From the NCBI GenBank assembly GCA_965263295.1, contig OZ253665.1, forward strand, positions 576,001-640,000: DNA of 64,000 nt, read 5' to 3'. The notes under the pieces are model-generated. The model was not told the origin of the DNA. It worked only from the letters and a program-made list of their open reading frames with translations, and ran no database searches. The position numbers and the translations under genes are program-made. Source of the DNA: Spirochaetia bacterium. Lineage in GTDB: Bacteria; Spirochaetota; Spirochaetia; SP-2023. Positions 56,499 through 64,000 of the stretch are shown here, one piece after another. Position 1 is the stretch's first letter. Each line of letters opens with the position of its first letter.

Positions 56499-58364
56499 TC
56501 AGTAATTCTGGCGCGCCTGCTGGCCGTATGCCCGGTCCTGCCTGTTCGGGCTTATTGATGGGGCAGGCTGGCGCCGAATGAAGTTTGAAAATATCGAAAG
56601 TAGGGGACGCCCCACGCAATAGCGTCGGGACGGTTGACGGTAATATTGCCGCCAGCTGTGGAGCTGCCGCAATAAACGGGGGTAGGAGAATGCTTGCCGG
56701 GGACTGTAGGGATATTCTGGGGGGAGGATCTTTGCATCAGACTTTAAACTCTTGGGAGAGGCGGAAGACGGAGACAAGCTACTCAGCCCCAGGTTCTGGC
56801 AGAGCTGCAAGGTGCGCGAATCTGTTATCGGGCGCAGATCTTCGTGGTTTTGGCTTTGCAATAGCCAGCGCCAAAGCAAACGAGAGGGCAGTAATTGCCA
56901 TACCGCATACAGTGGTTGACTCATTAAAATTGGACGCAATGCGGCACTGGGTTCGCTCAGAGGGATAAAGAGGCTCTGCCGCGCAGGGAAATAATCGCTT
57001 AAAACTACTTCGTTGTTAAAACGTTTGAGGTCTGAAGTTTTGAGACTGTGAGGACTGACAAATACCAGATGGGAACTGCCGCTATTTGCGACTGGACGCT
57101 CACTATTTCGGATGATTTGCAGCATCTGCAGCAAAGGATTGACCCCGGACGCTCCGTTTGGGAGATTCCTGTGAAGTAAGTTGTAACTGCGCGGATAGGC
57201 TGCCAGGCCCTGCTGAATAGCCTCTTCGTTGTTCTCTCCATAGAGTAGACCGCTTGCCAGGTCTGGCCTGTGGTCGCCGGGGATATGGACCACAATACGA
57301 TAACCTCCACGATTCAATTCCTTCAGGCTGTTTAAAAAATATGCACAGGCCGAGTCTAAGACATTACTTCGCAAAGCGGGCGGATAGCAAGCCATGTCCA
57401 TTATAAAATAGCAGTGCAGATCCTGTGAGTAGCTTTGTTGTTCCTCAGGTATCCGTACATATAATTCATTAAAGCGCGAGTAAAGCTTCCAATTAATGCG
57501 GCGGGGGTCATCTCCGGAATAATATGGACGTTGCTCATTGAAGCCTTCTTGAGCAAATTTATGCACTGTAGTGCTCAACGGGTCCTGGCTGCTGTGGGCA
57601 TCTATAGGCTCGCGATCACTAATTAAGTTATGCCCAGGGAGCACCGCCAGCTCAAATTGTTCGCGGATGCGATAACGTATTTGTAAGCAAGAAAAAAAAT
57701 CACGCACACAGAAGCATTGGCTGTCGCCTCGATACAGACCTCGCTGGAACTGATTCAGGATGACACGCTGGCTCGTTACGTTTGCGGAGTTCAAATATTG
57801 TTCTGTAACTAGTTCGCCCAGTTGCAATGGCAAATTGATGCGGTTATAGCCACTGTGCAGCTGATAGCGCAAGCGAATCTGTCGCTTGTTTTGCTTATCG
57901 CGCAGTTGCAGTTCCCAAAAGAACTGGATACCCAACAGGATATTGGGCAGTTGAACTTCCAAAACCAATGCATTCGGGCGGTGGTCCTGGCTTTGCAGTT
58001 GTAAGCTTTGCGCTGCCAGTATTCGCGGCAGACTTAATGAGTGTCGCAGCTGCCGGCGAGCTAATTGGCCCGTAAACACGACGACTTGGATACTGAAACT
58101 CAGGCAAATGTATGCAAGTAACAGCACAAACATCAGCCCCCAAATATTTTCCCAGGAATCCCCAAAACGCGGCTTGTGCCACCACAATATATACACAGTC
58201 AAAAAAAAGAAGGCGAAGAAGCGCCAGCTGGGGGCAAAGCACACAGAGTCGCAAGGAGCTTTTCTGCTGCGAAGGCGTTTGGACCGAGACGGACTCGCGT
58301 AGCTGATGGATTGCGGTGTTGTCTGGGAGTTGCCGCTCGCCAATCCTGGCGCGTCTTTATTCAT
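56499..58364 (-). CDS. DUF58 domain protein
   Basis: RGLY...DFF, RPYYSGDDPRRINWKLYSRFNELYVR; two N-terminal TM segments. Confidence 0.85.
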   Translation of the reverse strand: MNKDAPGLASGNSQTTPQSISYASPSRSKRLRSRKAPCDSVCFAPSWRFFAFFFLTVYILWWHKPRFGDSWENIWGLMFVLLLAYICLSFSIQVVVFTGQLARRQLRHSLSLPRILAAQSLQLQSQDHRPNALVLEVQLPNILLGIQFFWELQLRDKQNKRQIRLRYQLHSGYNRINLPLQLGELVTEQYLNSANVTSQRVILNQFQRGLYRGDSQCFCVRDFFSCLQIRYRIREQFELAVLPGHNLISDREPIDAHSSQDPLSTTVHKFAQEGFNEQRPYYSGDDPRRINWKLYSRFNELYVRIPEEQQSYSQDLHCYFIMDMACYPPALRSNVLDSACAYFLNSLKELNRGGYRIVVHIPGDHRPDLASGLLYGENNEEAIQQGLAAYPRSYNLLHRNLPNGASGVNPLLQMLQIIRNSERPVANSGSSHLVFVSPHSLKTSDLKRFNNEVVLSDYFPARQSLFIPLSEPSAALRPILMSQPLYAVWQLLPSRLLWRWLLQSQNHEDLRPITDSRTLQLCQNLGLSSLSPSSASPKSLKSDAKILPPEYPYSPRQAFSYPRLLRQLHSWRQYYRQPSRRYCVGRPLLSIFSNFIRRQPAPSISPNRQDRAYGQQARQNY

Positions 58365-58461
58365 TGTTATCCCGCTCCCGCTGGAGGCTCCCTATCCTGG
58401 GTGGAGGCCCAGCCTCCTCAAAGCCCGCACTCATCGAGTCCTCACCTGCCAAAAATCGGCG

Positions 58462-59997
58462 TCAATCCCATTTCTTCCGTCTTGAAAGGTCAGTACGTTG
58501 GCCAGAATAACCGGCTTGACTTCCGCGTTGATAGGAGTCGCCATCTCGTCGCTTCTGGCGGCCTTGTCCTCCTTTGTACTTATAGCGATTGCCGCCGCGG
58601 TTGGCTCCGTGCCTTCGATAATCGCGGCGTTCGTAACGCGGGCGGCTCATCAGAAATTCAAGTTCCTTTTCTGACTTCCCAATCTGCGCCTTGCCGCGTA
58701 CTTCTACCTGATCTTTCAACATGGAAATCAATTTGAAAGCGATCGTACTGAGCTCCATTTCTTCCTTCAGAATGGCCATAATCTCGTAGGCTTGTTGGTC
58801 TATATCCTGTCCATATAGGCTTTTGACGAAATTTGCAATTTTCTGATTTCGTATTTCACTGCTATGGGGCACAATTCTTCCCAAGAGCTGACCGCCAACC
58901 TTTGCATTGATGCGTTGCAGCCCGCCATATTCGTGTGGGGTGACGATGGAAATGGCCATGCCTTCCTTGCCGGCGCGGCCCGTGCGGCCGATGCGATGGA
59001 CGTAGCTTTCGCTGTCAAAGGGCAGATGATAGTTAAAGACATGGCTGACGTTGTTGATGTCCAAGCCGCGAGCGGCGACATCTGTGGCGACCAGTACTTC
59101 AAGTTGGCTATTGCGGAAACTGGAGATGACGGCTTCACGGTTCTTTTGTTCCATGTCACCGTGCAAACCCCTCGCTTCGTGGCCTTGCGAGATCAGAAAA
59201 TAGGCCAGACGATCCACCTCTTTTTTGGTACGGCAAAAGATTATCGACTTACTGGGGAGAAAGGAGTCATAAAGCCGAATCAAGGCATCGTCGCGTTCGT
59301 GCTCGTCGACGACATAAAACAACTGCTGGATCTGATCGTTAGTAATATTTTTCGGGCTGAGAGTGACGTATTGCGGATCGTGCAGTATTTCACCAATCAG
59401 CTTCTTGATGCTGGGAGGCAGGGTCGCCGAGAACAGCAGGTTCTGGCGCTCGCTTGGAAAATGGGAAAAAATTTCACGAATGTGGTCGAGAAATCCCATG
59501 TTCAGCATTTCGTCGGCCTCGTCGAGAACCACAAACTGTGGTTTGAGGTCAAACCTGCCGCTGTTCAAATGGTCAATAAAGCGGCCGGGGGTGGCTACGA
59601 TAATCTGAAAACTGTGGATGGCCTTGATTTGTGCGCTGTAAGGCTGGCCGCCGTATACCGTGGCGGTTTTTAGGCCCAGGAACTGACTAAAACGCGACAA
59701 TTCATCGGCCACTTGGATGGCCAATTCCCGTGTCGGGACCAGGATCACTGCGGCCACGCTATTTTGGAGGCGATTCCTCGCGGCTTGGCCATCGCCCTGT
59801 CGAGCCAGCAGTTCCAGTATGGGCAGGCCGAAAGCGGCTGTCTTTCCCGTACCTGTCTGGGCTTGACCGACCAGATCGCGCCCGGCCAACACCAAGGGGA
59901 TACTCTGGGCCTGAATCGGACTCGGTTCTTTAAAACCCGCATTGTCGATGGCCTTCTGTAAATCGGGACAAAAGCCAAAATCCATAAATGTAGACAT
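58462..59997 (-). CDS. DEAD-box RNA helicase
   Basis: Q motif GFKEPSPIQ, AQTGTGKT, PTRELA, TPGR, DEAD, SAT, ARGLD, HRIGRTGR; basic R/G-rich tail. Confidence 0.97.
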   Translation of the reverse strand: MSTFMDFGFCPDLQKAIDNAGFKEPSPIQAQSIPLVLAGRDLVGQAQTGTGKTAAFGLPILELLARQGDGQAARNRLQNSVAAVILVPTRELAIQVADELSRFSQFLGLKTATVYGGQPYSAQIKAIHSFQIIVATPGRFIDHLNSGRFDLKPQFVVLDEADEMLNMGFLDHIREIFSHFPSERQNLLFSATLPPSIKKLIGEILHDPQYVTLSPKNITNDQIQQLFYVVDEHERDDALIRLYDSFLPSKSIIFCRTKKEVDRLAYFLISQGHEARGLHGDMEQKNREAVISSFRNSQLEVLVATDVAARGLDINNVSHVFNYHLPFDSESYVHRIGRTGRAGKEGMAISIVTPHEYGGLQRINAKVGGQLLGRIVPHSSEIRNQKIANFVKSLYGQDIDQQAYEIMAILKEEMELSTIAFKLISMLKDQVEVRGKAQIGKSEKELEFLMSRPRYERRDYRRHGANRGGNRYKYKGGQGRQKRRDGDSYQRGSQAGYSGQRTDLSRRKKWD

Positions 59998-60296
59998 ATA
60001 AAATCTTCCTTGTTCCGCAAACTAAACGCGGAACGCCGCAGAACTGTTATAGTTTTGAGGATATTTTTGTAAACTAGGGCACGCTAAAGACAAACGCACA
60101 AACACGGCCAAGTCTTCCGCAACCTGTTATAACGATGACCTGTGCCAGATATGCAAGCGCCAGACAGAATCAAACGGAAGTCTCTGAATTTTGCCCATCA
60201 TAGCGCAAAATGCCTATCATTGGCTAGGGGGATTTGAGCTCTATGCGCGATATTCTGCATAGAATCAATATATGGAATCAATACATGTAAAACTTT

Positions 60297-62441
60297 TTAC
60301 AAAACTTCTGCCGTTTCTTTGAGATTCTGAATGATAAATTTCCTGCGCTGGGGTGTGTTTTTTCCCATGTAAAACGCCAATATATCAGGGATGCTGTGCA
60401 TTTTAAACGGTTCGACATTCACCGGAATCAAGCGTATTTTTTCATCGATAAATTGCCCAAATTCCTTGGGAGAAATCTCACCTAGCCCCTTAAATCTTGT
60501 AATTTCTGGGCTAGAAAGTTTCTTGATCCAGTGCTTGCGCTCTTCTTCGTTGTAGCAGTAGTGGGTTTCCTTGCTGTTGCGCACACGAAACAGCGGTGTT
60601 TCAAGGATAAACAAATGCCCCGCCTGCACTAGTTCCTCAAAGTAGTGCAGGAAAAAAGTCATCAGCAAGTTGCGAATGTGGTAACCGTCATCATCGGCAT
60701 CTGTGGCCAGAATAATTCGATCGTAGCGCAACTGATCGGTGCCATTCTCCAGCCCCAGGGCTTTGAGCAGGTGAAACAATTCTTCATTTTGATAGATCTC
60801 TGCCGTACTGCGCCCGAAGCAATTCCAGGGCTTACCGCGCAAGGAAAACAAGGCCTGGCAGTAGACGTCGCGACAAGAGACCAGAGAACCCGTGGCCGAC
60901 TGGCCCTCAGTGAGAAAAATCATGGTCGGTTTATTTTCCCGCATGGCCTTTTTGGGGCGCTTGTCGCCGCGGTGATATTTGCAGTCGCGCAGCTGGGGGA
61001 TGTTCAGGGTCAGGCGCTTGCCGGATTCGCGCATCATTTTGCGCACACTTGAAAGCTCTTTGCGCAACTTCTCGTTTTGCTTAATTTTCTCTCCGAGCTT
61101 TCGTGCCAAATCTTCGTTGCGATAGAGCAGGTCGGCGGTCATCTTGCGGACTTGGGCGGCGATCGGGCCGCGCAGCTCAGTACTGCCCAATTTGTTCTTG
61201 GTTTGGCTCTCAAAAATCGGATTTTTGACTTTGACTTTAATTGCGGCGACCAAGCCGTCGCGAATGTCTTGCGCGGTATAGGTGGTCTTGTAGAAATCGT
61301 TGATACCGCGCGTAAAACCTTCGCGAAACGCCTGCAAATGGACGCCGCCATCGACAGTGAATTGGCCATTGACAAAAGAAAAGTGCGTTTCACCAATTTG
61401 CTGCGTGTGGGTGAAGGCAAATTCAAGCCCTAGATTTTCGTCCCCCCGGTGTTCATCCCTGTTTTTATCTTTGGTGGGTTCGGCCCTCATGGATTCTTCA
61501 TTTCTGCGGGCATCACTTTGACAGCGCATGATCTGATACAGGGTCCCACTCTGAAGTTCGCGCTGCAGCAGGTCCTGCAGGCCGTGCCGGCTAAAGTAGC
61601 GCTCGGTCTCGCCGGCGACTTGCATTGTCAATTGCAGTTCTGGATTCAGGCAAGAGTAATGAAAAAACCGATTTTGCAGGAATTCTAACTGGAAAGCGAA
61701 TGGGCCAAAAATTTCATCGTCGGGCCAAAATTCGACGTATGTTCCATTGGCTTCATTTGTCGGCCCCTGGTTTTGGCGCTGCAATTTACCTCGGACAAAT
61801 ACGGCTTCGGCCATTTGACCGTCGCGGTAGGCTCGCACCAGAAAATGCGCGGAAAGTGCGTTTACGGCTTTGGCGCCGACACCGTTGAGACCGACAGAAA
61901 ACTGAAATACGTCGTCGTTATATTTTGCCCCGGTATTGATGACGGAAACGGCCTCGACAATTTTGCCCAAGGGTATACCGCGGCCGTAGTCGCGCACCGA
62001 GATGAGGCCGCTGCTGGCTCTGCGTTTGCGTTTGCGCTGCTTTTCGTCTTCCGACTGCCAAGCGGCCGGCGCATCGGTTGGGGCCGGCACATCCGCTGGC
62101 TCTGCGTCAGAGGGGCTTGCTCCATCATCGCTAGCCGGCACAGATTCTGCGCCGCGCCCCGTCGCCGCATCCGCAGATTGGGGGCGAATGAGCGTCAGCC
62201 GGCTGCCGTCTGCGTAACTTTGCTCTAAATGGATTTCAATGTGCTTGCCTTGGCCCATGATATATTCATCGATTGCATTGTCAACGATTTCCTTGAGCAG
62301 GATATAAATACCGTCTTCGTAGTGTTCGCCGCCGCCCAGGCGGCCAATGTACATCCCTGAGCGCAGGCGAATATGCTCTAGGGCTTCCAGAGTCTGAATT
62401 TTGCTCTCGTCGTAATTATTGTCCGTTTCTTTGGCAGGCAT
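60297..62441 (-). CDS. parE: DNA topoisomerase IV subunit B
   Basis: LEHIRLRSGMYIG, EIVDNAIDE, DYGRGIP, GLNGVG, FESQTK, TEGQSA, LRGK, ATDADDDG, RFKGLGE. Start taken at MPAKE behind an AAAGGA RBS. Confidence 0.93.
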   Translation of the reverse strand: MPAKETDNNYDESKIQTLEALEHIRLRSGMYIGRLGGGEHYEDGIYILLKEIVDNAIDEYIMGQGKHIEIHLEQSYADGSRLTLIRPQSADAATGRGAESVPASDDGASPSDAEPADVPAPTDAPAAWQSEDEKQRKRKRRASSGLISVRDYGRGIPLGKIVEAVSVINTGAKYNDDVFQFSVGLNGVGAKAVNALSAHFLVRAYRDGQMAEAVFVRGKLQRQNQGPTNEANGTYVEFWPDDEIFGPFAFQLEFLQNRFFHYSCLNPELQLTMQVAGETERYFSRHGLQDLLQRELQSGTLYQIMRCQSDARRNEESMRAEPTKDKNRDEHRGDENLGLEFAFTHTQQIGETHFSFVNGQFTVDGGVHLQAFREGFTRGINDFYKTTYTAQDIRDGLVAAIKVKVKNPIFESQTKNKLGSTELRGPIAAQVRKMTADLLYRNEDLARKLGEKIKQNEKLRKELSSVRKMMRESGKRLTLNIPQLRDCKYHRGDKRPKKAMRENKPTMIFLTEGQSATGSLVSCRDVYCQALFSLRGKPWNCFGRSTAEIYQNEELFHLLKALGLENGTDQLRYDRIILATDADDDGYHIRNLLMTFFLHYFEELVQAGHLFILETPLFRVRNSKETHYCYNEEERKHWIKKLSSPEITRFKGLGEISPKEFGQFIDEKIRLIPVNVEPFKMHSIPDILAFYMGKNTPQRRKFIIQNLKETAEVL

Positions 62442-62583
62442 TCGCATTCCTTTACTGGCTAGAAAATAATAGCACCAAGGCATTGATAACAGAAATCTGA
62501 CGGCTTGCCAAGCCCCGGGTTTTCACCTGTTGCCTTTGTGAATAGTTTAGGTCAGGCAAACATACATTTCGGCTCGCGCCTAC

Positions 62584-62612
62584 TTGACAAAAGCGGGCTA
62601 CTCGAATATATT
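62584..62612 (+). promoter_or_regulatory. sigma70 promoter of tRNA-Phe
   Basis: TTGACA-17-TATATT, about 22 nt upstream of the tRNA. Confidence 0.75.
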
Positions 62613-62634
62613 CGCGCTACGTAAAGTGTAATAG

Positions 62635-62707
<73 letters not shown>

Positions 62708-62996
62708 AGCATCTTTTCACGCGTTGCATCCACTCCAACAAGTCAAGACAGCACATCTGCGCCGGCAAGTCGAATATCAATTTATGGCGATTATAGATTT
62801 TTATAATGGTTATTATTTCGAGCGTTCGGCCGGTCGGTCTGCCGAGTGATCGCGTCCCGGCCCATCCCAATCCCCATCCCCATCATGGATGGCGTGCTTA
62901 AATTGCCGGCAACTTAGTCTCAAAACATCCTGGCATTTCCCATTCCATTCTTCATGAAGCCGCATGGTAATTCCCATGGTTGTTTTGATGGTTGTT

Positions 62997-63524
62997 TCAT
63001 ATTTGTCTCCGGCGCGAGGGTGTTCTCGACAGCCGCCATGCCTGACGCCTTAAAAATCGGCGATAGGGCTTGAGCGACTCTTGCGGCACGTGGCTAGCGA
63101 CGATCCTCAGCAGGGCGGCCAGGGCCTTTTTCTCCTTGCCCTGGTCGCAATCAAGAAGGGCTCGCATGACATCAAACATCGCCTCTTGCGGAAATTCGCT
63201 TGCGGCAAGTTTCAGAACTCGGCGGGCGGCGGCGGTTTTGCCGAGATTGCGCTAAGAGGAGGCGAGACAGAAATAGATGTCGCACCGGTTCTTGTCCGAC
63301 AGGCCCGACGGAAGGGACTCAAGAGACTCAAGGGCCCTGTTGTAGAATGCAACCGCCCTGTCCTCCCTACCGGCCCGGTCGAAGGCGAAACCGGCTTCCA
63401 TTAGGGCGGCAGCGCCGCAGCCGGGCGTGGCAATGGCCTCGAAAAGCCGCATGGCGGCCTTGTGCTTGCCATCGAGGGAACATTGCACGGCTTTTGAGAG
63501 GTTTTCCGCGTATTCATCCGTCAT
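62997..63524 (-). pseudogene. Tetratricopeptide repeat protein interrupted by an in-frame TAG
   Basis: ORFs 63252-63539 and 62997-63179 share a frame and read AFDRAGREDRAVAFYNRAL...CLASS*RNLGKTAAA...FP. The stop falls within a TPR helix, where LxSxLRNLG would be expected. Confidence 0.75.
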
Positions 63525-63638
63525 GGCACAAACCTTCATTAAAGTACGTCAGTATAAGTTTTTCATTATCCTTGTGTAAAAGGAAAGAGGATGATTTTGC
63601 TGCTTCGCCTTTTGCGCAAGGGAACGAAGGCAAAACCA

Positions 63639-64000
63639 CTAATTCTGCGCTAGTTTTTCGGCGATGTGAGCTACGGCACCTTTTAGGACAAGATCATAGT
63701 CTAGGTTATATACCGGCACAGTCTCCATATAGCGTATCTTTTCATTGTAAGCAATGCGGCGCACCCTCTCTTCTGTCACGCGATATTTTTTCTTGATCTT
63801 TCGGTCAAAAAACTCCTCAAATTCGGCATCGGTATAGTTGTGGTTCTGGCTGACAAAGTCGGAAACCAGCGCGTCGCCCAGTAGCTTCAGCAAACCTTTC
63901 TGCTCGGCTTCGCTCAGTTCGGGTTCAATTAATTCGTGGTCGGGCCGGATACCGTTATTGGCCAGGTTTATGCCTTTAGGAGTGTAAAAGTGTGCAATTG
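63639..64000 (-). CDS. ctpA: C-terminal end of an S41 family carboxy-terminal processing protease (partial)
   Basis: The frame from the right edge reads IAHFYTPKGINLANNGIRPD..., the CtpA YTPxG...GIxPD motif, and ends ...YDLVLKGAV. Confidence 0.8.
   Translation of the reverse strand, partial: IAHFYTPKGINLANNGIRPDHELIEPELSEAEQKGLLKLLGDALVSDFVSQNHNYTDAEFEEFFDRKIKKKYRVTEERVRRIAYNEKIRYMETVPVYNLDYDLVLKGAVAHIAEKLAQN

Noticed and set aside
58864..59673. 269-aa plus-strand ORF and other long antisense ORFs over parE, cysN, pyk and ilvB
   Set aside because: These are antisense shadows of conserved GC-rich genes.
60262..60287. 13-nt direct repeat GAATCAATA(T/C)ATG after parE
   Set aside because: Only two copies with no supporting context; it could be chance or slippage.
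63252..63254. Pyrrolysine or selenocysteine recoding
   Set aside because: TAG is not a Sec codon, no pyl genes are visible, and the position matches a structural Leu of a TPR helix.

Overview
This 64-kb window is core-plus-accessory chromosome from a spirochete, inferred from a FlaB-type flagellin, the TIGR03545/TIGR03546 gene pair, a holB-like/Hk2-like kinase pair, a eukaryote-type hexokinase and an RpoS-like sigma factor. It holds three tRNAs (Val-TAC, Arg-CCT, Phe-GAA) and housekeeping genes (serS, HU, cysDN, luxS, ribBA, ribH, rnhA, thyA, pyk, htrA, ilvBN, a DEAD-box helicase, parE, the 3' end of ctpA). I saw no CRISPR array, prophage, rRNA or transposase. The main points of interest are six. 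(1) A ~1,625-aa protein fuses a ParE-derived GHKL ATPase and transducer, with catalytic motifs kept and TOPRIM lost, to ~1,150 aa of coiled coil and a C-terminal DUF2802/SwrB-like helical motif, behind a sigma28-like promoter. (2) A four-gene operon links an amino-acid binding protein, a DAACS symporter, a Cache-HAMP adenylate cyclase and an Asp/Glu racemase. (3) A second adenylate cyclase sits with a FecR-FN3 protein and an outer-membrane protein, a possible trans-envelope signalling module. (4) A candidate cysteine attenuator lies upstream of cysDN. (5) Palindromic micro-repeat elements occur, one apparently inserted in frame in a peptidase. (6) There is an unannotated small acidic ORF and an amber-interrupted TPR gene. 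All calls come from reading motifs by eye; no database searches were run.
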